Made by a program: the position numbers and the translations under genes. Positions 1 through 13,039 of a DNA stretch of 64,000 nucleotides are shown here, one piece after another; within the stretch, counting starts at the first letter, position 1; every line of letters starts with the position of its first letter. The notes under the pieces are model-generated. The model did no database searches, was not told where the DNA came from, and saw only the letters and a program-made list of their open reading frames with translations. Source of the DNA: Ptychomitrium polyphyllum (lineage: Eukaryota); assembly GCA_973851085.1 (NCBI GenBank), contig OZ316776.1, positions 11,284,001 through 11,348,000 on the forward strand. Reading direction: 5' to 3'.

Positions 1-640
1 TGGACAGCGGCTAACCTAGCCAAAGCAGAGGACTTCAAATCAGCCCTGTAACCGTTGCTGGCAACCTACACCAATCGGAAAGACGAGATTAATACCGTAT
101 AATATAGCAGCCAGAAAACATCCTTCAATTTAAGCACTAATGATGACGCAGTACTCGCTGCACCGAGATAGAAAACATGTGTCCAACTCATGTTGAGTTG
201 AGTAATTTTCAGAAATAAATATACCTGGTTGACCACGGTCTTGGCCATCTTGCGGAAGTCCTTCTTCAAGAGAGAGTTCTGACGCAGCTTTGCGGGCCGG
301 TTCCTCTTCTTGGTCTTGGTGGTGGTCAGCGTAACTGATAGACCTTCAGCGGGTGTGATGGCCACAGTCTTCTTGTTCGCCAACCCTAAAAGGATCAACC
401 ATTTTCACGAGGTGATGTCATGCACCGTCTCCAATCATTTGAGCATCAATTCCGGGTAACCTCTGAGCTATTGAATGACAACGAGGCGGTACCTGAGTAC
501 TTGAACGTGTTCAAGTTGTACAAGTTGTTGGGTTCCGAGCTAAATTGGACGGAGTTGTTGTTGTTTCCATTTCTCTTCACCAAGAACCTGTTGTTGCTCT
601 TGACCAACAACCAGATCAAGTCGTCTGATACAGCCGCCAT
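1..640 (-). CDS. RPL28: 60S ribosomal protein L28 (eL28), 3' end runs off the window
   Basis: Exons 640-493, 385-225 and 65-<1 join in frame via GT-AG introns: MAAVSDDLIWLLVKSNNRFLVKRNGNNNNSVQFSSEPNNLYNLNTFKYSG/LANKKTVAI...KKDFRKMAKTVVNQ/VASNGYRADLKSSALARLAAVH, a typical plant eL28. A probable non-coding first exon lies near 1179-1225. Confidence 0.95.
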
Positions 641-1181
641 ACTGATCACAAAGTTGAAAAAAAACTCAATGAATGAGAAAGTTCAGTCGTATTCAAACAA
701 AGAAAATAAATGTTATAGTCTTCGGCAAATATTGCATGCTCCAATAAACCCAAGCAGTAAACACCAAATCCTCAACTGTATTCCACATGTTCACAGTGCC
801 ATGACTATCATGAGAACTATCTCATCATCAATCTCATGCGCGCAAGTGAAACGTAACGAGACAATGACATGTTCTCTAAAAGTACATATTCCGCTTGACC
901 TAATCCAAAAAACCGAGTCTCTAAGCGCGACATAACCACTGATAAAAACATGCTGTCGCAACAACAGCCTGTCCCCAGACTACTAAACTCATCTCATTAC
1001 ACAAAACCCCTTAACCCAAACGTGCGCATTCTCACCATTACTACTAGATACACAGAAAACAGCCACACCTTTTAAACGAACAGAAAGAAGAAGAAAGACG
1101 GCACGCCAAACAGACGAAGAACCCGCAAACCTATGACTTCCTTGCCACGACCGAAACTCTCCACCAGACCTTTACGACCTA

Positions 1182-1190
1182 AAACCCTAA
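1182..1190 (+). promoter_or_regulatory. telo-box (AAACCCTAA) in the RPL28 5' region
   Basis: Exact AAACCCTAA next to a probable 5'UTR donor (TTTTAG|GTCGTA on -). Telo-boxes are known from plant ribosomal-protein genes. Confidence 0.6.
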
Positions 1191-1858
1191 TCGCCACAAC
1201 GAAGAGAAAAAGCAAACGACAGAGCCGCAGCGTGTGATTGCAATGCCGTTCCGATAGTACTGGGGAGGCAAAGCGATTGCGGGGAACCAAAATGTACCTG
1301 GAGACTCGATGGACGCGAGAGGCGCGCGGCAGAGGGGAGATGGAGCGAGCCCAGCAGCACGGTGCACAAACGCAAAGAGAGCCAGTTCGACTGGGCGGCT
1401 GCCCTAAGAACCTCCCCCCCCCTCTATGGATGAATCCTCGTCTCCTGCAGACGCCAAGGATGAGATCCCACATTCGTTTCTGATTCATCCCATAGTCATC
1501 CAATTTTCGTCCAATTTACATCTATCATTCATCCAGGATTCATCCCGCATCCGTGGCTGCCCTGTAGCGGTAACGGGGACTTTATCGTCGGTTAGGTCCA
1601 GGGGAGACCCCTGCATGTTCTCAGCCACTACCAGTAAACCTTGAAGATCACCACTTTGGGACGCTATATGGAAGGCTTGGCGTACGGACAACAACTATTC
1701 TTCAAATTCCAGAGTTCGCTGAATTCTTGGGGCAACTTCTCATTTGGTGATCCTCACTTTAAAAGATGAGAATGGGTTATCCTAGAGTTTGGAACCAATT
1801 TGAATTTGGTCATCTAGGATAAAAAATGGTATATGTAAATTGAATTTTTATGATATTT

Positions 1859-1930
1859 TAGGAAATTTTACATCTTTTTATAGGAAATTTTATATCTTTT
1901 TATAGGAAATTTTATATCTTTTTATTGGAA
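1859..1930. repeat. ~22 bp AT-rich tandem repeat, ~3 copies
   Basis: (TAGGAAATTTTATATCTTTTTA)n visible directly. Confidence 0.8.
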
Positions 1931-2280
1931 AATTTAAGTATAAGATTTAGGACTATTAGTTTTTTAAAAGTACATGGGAATCATATTTTCTGTATCACCT
2001 AATACTTTGGATTTAATTAATTTTATTAATTGCAAAAAACATGGAAAATTGATCTTATTTAGTAAGAATGTACATTCTCAAATTTCAATTTTGGCTATAT
2101 AAAAAATTATATGAATCATATTTTCACATGAAAAATTTGGAAATTGCCTAGCCAACCATTTATCAAAACAATTTAATAGATAAATAGCAATTTAATATGT
2201 TATCAACTTCATTCTTGTTGATTAAATTGCTCACATACAATGACAAACCTTGGTTCGTACAAGCCTACCTAATTTTGGAT

Positions 2281-2482
2281 CCAAACCATGTACACATAAA
2301 TATACACTCACATTCAACCAACAAATGAATTCAAAACTTAATATCCGCCTTCTACAAACATATTTCATTTATACTATTGATTTCCTACAAATTATTGATA
2401 CTATCTAGTGCCTTGGCTATTTAGTCTCTTATTATTACCACTTATGATGATAGATTTCAAACACCGTCTACTTCTTCATAGG
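2281..2482. repeat. dispersed repeat, copy A (homologous to 16277-16510), probable decayed TE fragment
   Basis: Shared blocks such as AAATTATTGAyACTATCTAGTGCCTTGGyTATTTAGTC and TTATGATGATAGATT occur in the same order and orientation. Confidence 0.7.
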
Positions 2483-3980
2483 AAAATGTAATTATCACCA
2501 GTATCCTTTGATACAAAAGCATTTTTTTACAATGTTCTAGGATGTGTTCATGCCTTTTATTATGAATAGAATATATCAATAATAACATTATAAATAATGA
2601 AAAAGAATATAAACTGATAGAATATGTATATGAACATTGATAGAATATACACATATCTTTCAGTTTATGAAAAAAAAAAATTAATAGAATTTATTTTTAA
2701 TATGTGTAGAACCAAATTATTATGTAATTTTATTCAATACAACTGAACCCAAACACTTCAATCCATTGAAAATAAATAATGCATGTTTAAAAGAAAAAAA
2801 AAATTTACAATGACATATGAAAATAATTGTCCTATTTGATGGCATAGCTGTTCTAACCTCTTCCTTGAGAATGTTATGTTGAAATAGTTTGTGTTTGTGC
2901 AATGTATGAAAGAAATTTGTGACAATTGTTACCATCTAAGATTCTTCAGAAGTGCAAATCATTTCCAATTTATTAAGCATTAATTAATCATAATTAGTGT
3001 AATCTCATGATCTAGTCCAATCTCAGGCTTACAGTAGATCCACAGAAATTTAGATTTTCAAACAATTTCAGGCCACACCTTGCTTATAACCTCACATATC
3101 AATTATGTTTGCTCAGGGTTCACCCTCTGTCTATAAGAAGTCAGGCTGCTTTCTGCATCTCACATGCCGAGGCCACTAATAAATCTGACGTGCAGAGTAA
3201 AAGTCGATTCATATTTGCGCAAATTCCACAGGATTTACAAGATCTGCATAAAAGAAATTAGACAGCAGTTCATAGCAAAAGTTCAGATATTCTCTCGTTG
3301 ACCACAATGTGCAAACCCAGAATGCATGTTTATACAAGTATAGGATGAAGAACAAAATACAGTAGAACACAATCAAGTGCCTACAAGATTTCGTTCAAAT
3401 ACATTTTCACAAATTTACCATGAAACCCCTAAACCAGCAATAATGTCCAAAAGAGAAGAACAGTGGGTGATTGAATAACAGGGAAGTACCTGACCCATAT
3501 CTAACAACACTTTTGTGTGGATTTCAGCGTTCAGGCTGTCAGCCCATGCACGTTACCACTATCTATGAGTGGCACTTTAGTGCAACTCCTAGAAACAGAC
3601 CCTAAGCTAATGTTACTGGTTGCCCACGAATGCACTCTAATCAGACAATTCCGTATAAGTACCTGCTTCATAACGTATAAAATAGTTGTGAACTTCTTGC
3701 TTCGAAGTTCTGAACCATACCAAAGAAGTGAAACGTGCTGGATGTAGTGCTTATGCACCAGCATGTCCCCTTGACTTGACCTTGTCGGAAAACCACAGCA
3801 TCACCTCGAGGAAAAGATATTGAAGTGTTGAGTAAGCTCTGTGTGCTGACAGCTAGTGTACTCCGTGAAAAGTCCTTCTTGGTTGTTGGCACTGAATGCA
3901 AAGATTCCGGATGATCTAAATACTTTTAATAGATAATTAGCAGATAATAACATCACGGTAGTGTTGTTTAACCAAACCTT

Positions 3981-5705
3981 CTAAAGCTCCTTGCTTCGCC
4001 ACCACCCATTTTTACTTGCTTTTGGCTCCACCAAAATCTGTTTCGAAGGACTAATTTTTCCCAAGTGCCAGCCCGACTCAAACAACACAGTTAGCTCGTC
4101 ATCAGAATCATCGTCCGCAGAGCTCACAGGATGAACAATAATAACGTCCGATTTACCCTTGCCAGCAGTTTCACCTTGTATGGGTTCTTCTTCTCCAACT
4201 TCTTCAAATAAGACTCCCTTCTTAACAGTCTCAAGATGTGTACTGCTTTCAGAGCTTTCAGGGATCGAAGTGTGGTCAGCGAAGTTAATTTCAGGGCTCT
4301 TCGTCCGTGTGTTCAAGCTAGAACTATCCACAGCTCCGTCATCTACCACGAAAAAATGTTTTTCCTCCGAAACACCTTTCAAATTCTTCTCATCATCCAG
4401 TAAACGGACCTCATGGAGAACAAGATGCTTACCCTGAACTTCACTATGCTTAGCAAGCCAGGTGGAGATGGCTGATGCAACAGGGGTACCAACTGTACAT
4501 ATAACTGGTACAAAAGCGCTCATAAGAGGTATCCTTTTCACAAACTTTATAGAATCTGCCGATTTAGATTCCACTGTCACTTGATACTTCACCCAAGTAT
4601 CCGCAGCAGCACCGATTACACCACGGTCACAAACCTGCTCATAGGCACAAGAGGCAGCAGTTGTAACCTGCCCAAAGATGCTGTAAACGCCCTTTGCATT
4701 GCTGATAAAGCCTGATACAAGTGGAACTTTCTCTATAGCAATTCCTCCTAGTGCATATAACTGAGAAACACAAAGCCTGGAGTTAGTAAAGGACAAGAGT
4801 GGTCAAAGTCCACCTCAATATCTTCATAATATTAGAATTAAACCACGCAGATAGAGGACCCAGAATCGAAGAAGGCGAGTTCATTTTAACAGTCCCTACA
4901 ATCCATCTTGTAAAAAAAGCGTACAAAAGTTTACAGAACAGATAAATAGATCAAAAAATCTTGAGTCAACTTCTCCAGCTGTAGTTGAAAGTGACAATGT
5001 CCACTTCTTTGAAAAGATAAACCAACCAACAAGAAAAACCACAACTTAGAGCCATGGACCACAGTGCTTAGAAATCACATAATACCTTCTCATCGGCAAG
5101 AGACAGCAGATACATGCCTTCGATTCCTACTCTCGTAGCTAGCGGTTGAATACATGGGCTCACAATGTCTTCCACCGTACCTATAACTGGTCCCACGAGA
5201 CACGGCAAGTGCCTACTCTTACGAAGGACATAAAAGGTGAGAGACACTACAGCCGACCCAATTCCTTCCAAGAACCTAGGCCGATCTGCTACAACGTGGC
5301 CAACAACCTGCATGTCCATCCAAACTCAGAATCAGGTCAATTAGTTCACCCTCCTTGAATGCCTGCTCTAACGCAAACTTCTGGAATACGAACGTCCCAG
5401 AAAGAAAAGCATTTTCATCCTAAAACCGGAAGATATAAAAAACAGAAAAGTGTTGACTAAGTCTCGGCCAGCACAACTGGAGCTCGCATATTCAGCAACT
5501 GAAGGAGGCGTTCAAACCGCAAGATTTGACCTCGTCCAAACAACGTGATCTGGATTCAGGTAAACCTCGCGACTCAATCCGTTACAGTTGAAATAAGGGC
5601 TGAAAACCGACTACGGTAATCAAATACAGCTTTACGCACCAAAGTGTATACAATACTCACGTCTTGATTAGACGAACTGCACGAACATGAACTGCCGACA
5701 GACAT
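3981..5705 (-). CDS. divergent REF/SRPP (rubber elongation factor / lipid-droplet-associated protein)-like protein with acidic C-terminal extension
   Basis: Exons 5705-5661, 5307-5086 and 4760-3981 with phase-0 GT-AG junctions. TVEDIVSPCIQP...LLSLADEK|LYALGGIAIEKVP and GVIGAAADTWVKYQ...KRIPLM resemble REF-domain segments (TVEGTVKTVVGP...LLKFVDRKV...RVP). Probable 5'UTR donors at ~6016 and ~7301. Confidence 0.65.
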
Positions 5706-6796
5706 TTTGCCTCAACCGAAGAGCATGTCGCACGATCAACTGGCAGAATCACTGCTGAACATTCGTACGTCAAACAAAAATCCAGGCGACGGAGCACTAC
5801 CATCCACCACGAGTCTTGGTCGTGTCACATGACAAAGATTGAATTCATGTGCTCTCCATGTGATCACCTGCACCGCCACGATTTTGTCAGAAGAAAAAGA
5901 GCATGGTTATTAGCATACAAGATCGCGTCTTCACAACATGCCTATGACATGCGACGGAAATAAATAAACAGCAACCACAAGTGATGAAGTACTTGGAAGA
6001 ACAAATTACATTATTACCTGTCTGCTCTATTCATATTTCTTGCCAGGAGAGAACTTCAAAAGATAAGAGAAATGGCAATCAAAGACGGAAAAATGAGAAG
6101 CAAGTTCAAGGTTGACTACTGATATAAATGACAGAGAAATACCGTCAGTAACTGGACCTAAAGACTCGTATCTCCAATACGTCTCGAGCTTCTCTTCCCC
6201 TCTCAACACTCCTAATTACGTATTTCCACACCTCTGTTTTCAGAAACAAACACCTCGCCAAGGACGCGAGAGACGTCAAATACCAGTGTTCATACCTCAG
6301 GATCAATTTTCAATTATCAAGAATCCTGTACAACCGAGATAATAAATGCTTTAACCCGTTGCAATATACACAAAGTGAGCAGCAGAACAACCTAGATGCA
6401 GAATCCGCAAACGATCAAGCACTGGCTTCAAAATAACCTCTTTACGTTCAAACAACTTCCGCCAGTTTCAGAAGCCGCTCTCAATCCACAAACAAAAATT
6501 CGCGATACAAAAGTCAAACAAAAATTAGACTCAGGAGATAAATACGCTATGTACATCTTCAACGTCAACTCTAAAGCAAAACTTCATACACAACAGCTAC
6601 GAACAAGCGATCATCCAAACTTTGTCAACATCCTGTGCAGAGTTCCAATCCAAACAAGCACGGGAAAGAATCCATGCATACTCAAACCGCTCTTCGTTCC
6701 TGTAGACAGAACTCTACTATTCTCCCGCCATTCCCTTGCTCAACCGCTTCACCAGTAAAGTACACTCCATCTCTCGGAAATCCTGAAATATTGCGA

Positions 6797-7247
6797 CTCT
6801 CGCATCCTAGAAGCTCATTCGCGCCCCATACCGCAATCGCAACAGCATTCGCAGCCGCGTCAACAAGTCTTGACAGGCAGCAAAACCTCCAGCGACGTAC
6901 TTAAACTCTTAAAACCGCATTTCTGGCTCAAAATCGACGCGGCTTCAATCGCCGTGGAAAAAACGAGAGACAGAACAGCAGGATGGCGAGTTACAAAATC
7001 TCAATGGAAACTTCTCCTTCCCAGAAAGCCAAACTTCCAGCGACAACCTCAAACTCTCAAAACCGCAATTCTGTCTCAAAAATCCAGAAAAAAATCCTAC
7101 TCTCGCATCCCGGAACATCATTCGCAACCCGTACCGCAATCGCAACAGCACTTGCAGCCGCGTCGCCTCGTTCACAGACAGCCAAACCTTCAGCGACAAC
7201 CTTGAACATTCAAAACCGCATTCCTGGCTCAAAATCGACGCGGTTTT
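6797..7247. repeat. degenerate ~150 bp direct repeat (6797-6946, 7100-7247) plus a partial copy (7022-7081)
   Basis: Both copies contain CTCTCGCATCC...TACCGCAATCGCAACAGCA...GCAGCCGCGTC...AAAACCGCATTyCTGGCTCAAAATCGACGCGG. Confidence 0.85.
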
Positions 7248-10200
7248 GCTCTCCGTAAAGAAAATCGAGAATAGAAGAGACGAACGGAGAGGAACGCATA
7301 CCGTAAGGGTTCCACTGCTGCCATGGATCCCCTGACGAACCAACGTGAGCTCCGCAAGAAGGCCACAGAAGGAGGCTCGTGTGCACAAACGAGGGACTTC
7401 GGAGCAAAAGCTGGCGATCTCACGCTCCGTCATTTAGTGACTTCTGCCCTTTCTCTTTTACCTCCGCCGTCACTCTTTTACGTTCGGCTGAAAAAGATAA
7501 TACCGAGATAATGAAAGTATCCCAACGACAATGGTTTGGCGGCACTACCGAAGCAATGAGTGAATATTTTTTGTCAGGTTAGCATAGTTTATCTTTTGTC
7601 CTACCTTGAGAAGCAGTCTAGGCCCCCCGGATGCTGCCTAAATGATACCTAGGTAATAGTTGAGGTTAAAGTGGCTACACATCCTGACTCATGAAACGAG
7701 TCTAGTTTTTATTCTCTCTATTATGTCCTCATATCTTTTAAATCCTTCATATCATTTAGGAAGCTCGTAATTCTTGTAACACGCTCGGTAAAATTAGCAC
7801 AAAACATCACTACTCTAAATACTCACAATCGTTACTATACCCTAAATCTTCGTTATCTACGGAGGCATAGAATTATGTGCGTCAAATCTACAGATGTCGA
7901 AATTGCGTCAGTTTTGGAGACAGAGCCCGTCACTGTACATGACTTTAACACCACCTACGATTTTGTAGATTTCATCATTCAAGTTTAATGTGCCGGTAGA
8001 TGATGTCGTTTTTGGATACGGTGACGGCTAAGGGTATGCATCCCTTTGTATTCGTGACTGGCTATTATTGTTGCTTGAGGGACTCATCATTGTGACTTCC
8101 AATGTCGTTAACATGGTTAGGGTTTGAATTGTGACCGGGGAGGGGCTGTTTGGGATAATGGGTTTTGAGCTCAAGTTCAAAGTCAGCATAGGGAGATTCT
8201 ACGTGGAGAGCAAAGTACAAAGCAAAGTTTGGCTTACGGTCAAAGAAATATTCTGTGCCTAAACTGCGTACTTGGAATCCAAAAGTGGGAGTGTACACTG
8301 TGGATAGTGTTCTGTAGGCATTTTGGGTCCACTTTCAAATGGTACTGGTGCATTGGCAATCCCAGAATGAAAAGACGTGTATATAAATTGAGTCTTCAAA
8401 AACAGAAGAATGGACCAAGTTCTATAAATATGAAGTTTCAAATTTTCTGAAATGACTTTTGAAACTTTGGTACTTGTGTATGTGTTGCCAGTGTTATATA
8501 ATCCTTTTATTGTAGACCATTGTTCTCTATTTGAACTGCAACAGGATATGTACAATAATCACCTTTACATTGCTCCAGCTAGTGTGAATTGGCCCATTTG
8601 TTTTATCAGATTCCATACCAAATTTTTAAATTTTGATAAGTTTGAAAGTACAAACAATCTTTCTGTGTTATTTTCATTTTGTTATGTAACATAGATATTT
8701 GAAAGATGAAACATAAATCATGGCAATTCTAAATTAAAAATTAAAAAATAATTTTTCAATAATACTGAAATGTATTATTTTTACAATTACAAATCAATTT
8801 CATTTGAAGCCATGGTTGACTAAAGTATAATTTGTATAATGTTATTAAATATTAAATAAAAAGATCAATGGTCTTTCTTACTATGACTTTCAAAGTGAGC
8901 CAGCTTCTTATAATTTTGGTGGTAAATAATACTTTAATTCATTTTTATTAAGAGTAAATTGGCCATAAAAGGCTTGTTTTTTATATTCAATACAAACCTA
9001 TCATATCTTACAATTTTAACAATAAAATATCACTTGATAAAATAATTTATACATAATTTATTAGAATATCAAAAATTATAACTACATGATAGTTTCAATA
9101 TTCCATTGTAGCAATTCAATAGAGTTATCCATTCACTCTTTTTTAAAGAAGAAAACTTTATAAAAATATATTTTTAAATGAATAAAATTGTGTTTTAAGT
9201 GTGTGTTTTAACAAACTAATAAAAATCTTTTACAATGTTGAAGCATGATTAAGGAGTTTGAAACCTTGAACTTTTCCAAGCTAGTCAAGTTCCTTCAAAC
9301 CAACCTTTAGATGTCTAGAACTTTTCCAATTATTCTCCAAATTGATCAAGCTTCAATGCTTATACTATAAACAATTAAGGATTCTTATTTAGGAAAAATG
9401 CACTCTATAAACATAATATAAAGAAGTTATACTCAACAAATAACTCTAATATGTACCATATTAGAGTTAGGCTGATTGCTTGGTCCATGTGTCTGCTAGG
9501 ATGGTGACACAAGTGAGTTAACATTTTGTTTGCACAAGCTTTTAGTGCAGGCTAACATGTTTCACTGAGTACCAGTCCATCAAAGTTTGACTAAAACAAG
9601 ACGACTATGTGTGGAAACTTGGAGAACAAGGTTTGGAAGCCCTTGGATGTCTGAGCTCGGGCTTTTTAGGGTACCTAGGTGTGGATGTTTGTGCCCTCTC
9701 AATTGCGTGGTAAATTCTCTCAAGAGGAAGAACAAAAAGAAAGAAAGCGAATAAAAAACTTCATTCTCTAGTAGATACAAATGATAAAAGCTGCTGTGTA
9801 GGAGACCTTTGTGGTTGGATCAGTTACTCACAATACTCCCATGTGGAATTGTTAGGAAGTGCTTTGACCTTTTTATCTACACAAGATTGTTAGGAGCTTT
9901 GGCAACTCAGTTGGAAAAACCGTCCCACCCATCTCGGTGTCCTACACTCTTGTTCTCTTCCAGTATAACACTCCACTTGTCAGAATAACATGAGGCGCAG
10001 GCGATGCACCTGATTGTATTTTAGTACTTTGTTCAAATATCCACTTCATGCAATTGCCAGATTGACTACTGGTCCATAAAGCTACACTGACTACAACGCA
10101 ATTTGAACCTTCTTTCAAGGAAAAAAAGGCGAGGGTTAGATTTGCTAGAAATATGTTAGAAATCTAAAGTTGAAAATTTCAAGAAATGATCAACGTATTT

Positions 10201-13039
10201 TGAATAGCGGGGAACGTCGGGGAACTGGTGGGGTTCAGTGTTTAACGCACTTTTTTTAATTTAATTAATTACTCAAACAGGATTGTGTTGAATTAGACTC
10301 CGCATACAGTAGAAACGTCCAGGTGTTTAGTCATATTAGGACAAGTCGAGTGAAACGAGATCATGGAACCATCAGTCGTTGCACGCGTTCCTTGAAAGAA
10401 ATGAAGAAAGGGAAATGTAAATATTCTTCTATGAATAGCCAAACAACGGGGCTTCAAGTTTGCGAGAGGGGCGAACTTGAGAGGCCCTCACCAGTTCCCC
10501 AACGTTCTCCGATCCGCGTTCACGTAATTTTCAAGGTGGTCCTCCACATAAGATGCTATTGTGGTGATATTGCCAGCTGGCATGCGCAGGAGTTGCTTTC
10601 TTACCAGGAACGTTCTTGCCTACACTTGAAAATGTCTTTGGTGTCATTTTCATATGCGATATGGTATCTAACTGTATGTGTATCATACCCCACACAAGTT
10701 TGATGTTATGAAAATGATACCAAAGATGACATTAAAGTGACATAGATTTGAACACTGCAGATGACGTTAATGTGTCCAAATGTCCTTTTTTTACATTGTT
10801 AAATGACATAGGTTAAAAGGTCATTGTATGGAATTTTGCCAAAAGTTACTTTGTTATTTTGAGAGTTTGTTAAATATATTTGATACATCACTGCACACTT
10901 CAGACTTCAAACTATTTGCCTTTTTTTTAAAATAAATACTTTTTATTCATGTTATAAGTCATTCTTACAATAGTTTTAAGTACCATAATTGCTAATGCTT
11001 TGCTATAGGTCATTGAAATTAAAAGATGTTTAATTTCTTTTATTTTTAACTTTAATATCATAACAATTGCTTTTGAAGGATTTGAAGAATCAGAGGTAGA
11101 TTGGTTGTAATTTCATAGAAAGAATCAAGACTTAAATTCACTTGTATGAATGAATCATTTTAAAAACCTTGTATATTATATTCCTAAGTTGAATTGAAAT
11201 CTTTAGTGCTAAATAGTTTAGTTTCCAATATTAAAGTCCCTTTTATTCTTTCATAAATTTTTAAAAAACTTTAGACACATGACTTTTTAATAGTAAAATT
11301 CATTATTCCTATTTAATATATCCTTTGATTCCAACAAATTATAAAGATTCTTGAATTATCACTAAAATCTTCAAAAACTTCAACATTATAAATACTAATT
11401 TAATAATGTCAACGTTTTGAATTAAAATATATAGATTTTAGCATGCCCACGAGCAAAACATGTACAAATTTGTAGATTTGTACATGCCATAATTAGCTTT
11501 GTTTGTAATTTGAAACTAACACATAAAAAATTTCATTTATGGATATAAATGATACATGAATTTCTTAGATTTTCAAGTATTTCAATTTGACTCTATCACA
11601 TTTTAATATTGCTTCTGACAAGTTTATTTATCTTTTGAATATTAATATTTATAAGTCTATGAAAAGGGTTTCTCTGGAAACTCAAAAAATCAATGTTTTA
11701 TTAATTTTCATAATTTTAAGAAAATTAGAAGAAAATTTTATAATAATGTAAAGTTTAGTAATTAAACAAAACGTTGGCAGAATATATTTATCTGTTAATC
11801 AAAGAAATATCTTGAGACTAAGTCTATAAACAAAAGACAACCAAAAACATTTCACTGAACCGAGGTTTAGAGAAATTGTATTTATTTACATTCCCATTGC
11901 AAAAACAATTGTGAAAATTACTTTATAAAATTACAGTTATTAAAATTGAAAATTTGAGGGGCAATATACTGAGTTGGCAGAAATTCTTAAGACATACAGT
12001 ATTTTACAATGTAGTCTTGGAGCTTGGTTATTTTAACCCAATTTAAATAAGATTGCAACAAAATTCAAATTTCATTGCTTTTGAAACAAAGCATATAAAC
12101 TCTACAAGTTATAGCTCAAAACTAAATGATTTTATTCTTAGCACATACAAACGGCTAAAGGAATATTGAAGTATGGTACATAGTTCTTATCAATTAATGA
12201 TATCTCATAATTTCTTTTGTATGAGCTCATGTTACATAAAATCATCACATTATACATGTCTTACATTTCATAATTCTTTGATAGTGAATGATGGTGTTAT
12301 ATTATATGATCTATAAATTTTACAAATTGAACATATAATATAGAATTTGTAAACAAAATTAATTGATGGATTTGTTATGTTATTTTGTTTGTAATATTAT
12401 ACATTCTTCCATAGTCAATTTAATCAACTAATTTTGTACAAAATTAAAGAAGAATATTATAACTTTAAAAATTAGTGCTTATTATTTTTTGTTGTAGTAA
12501 AAATTCCTTTGATTTAAAATTATGAAATACCATTATTTGATAAGAACTATGTACAATATAAAAATTTAAAAGTAATATAATCATTATAATTATAAAAACT
12601 AATTATATTGTATAGTGCTATGAATTTAAACATGTTGGATTTGAAAATCATTTTTGTGCCAAGTAATCAATTGAATATTTCAAAAATTAATTTTCTATAT
12701 TTTGAATACAAATGCCACAGACATAAATGGAAATTTGGTAAAAAAATTGCACAATTTAAACTATGCTTGAAAATCATGGTTTATAATCTAAGTCATATTA
12801 GAATTAAAAGTAGCTCTAGAAACAATAGAAGTCAATATATATCATTTAAATATGGATGTTATATGGATTTGAACAAATCATTTTAAGAATTTGTAAAATT
12901 TGTATATGATTTTGGAATTTGCTATTTGTTGCTTTGAATCATTTTAAATAAATGAAATAACATTCAATTTGTAGCATTATATACTATTTGATTAAATAGA
13001 ACACAAAGTCCTGTAACATTCATGAAACAAAGCTTAAAT

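Noticed and set aside
1072..1694. Several overlapping 60-140 aa ORFs upstream of RPL28
   Set aside because: They overlap the GC-rich promoter/5'UTR, show no recognisable domain, and have no consistent splice structure
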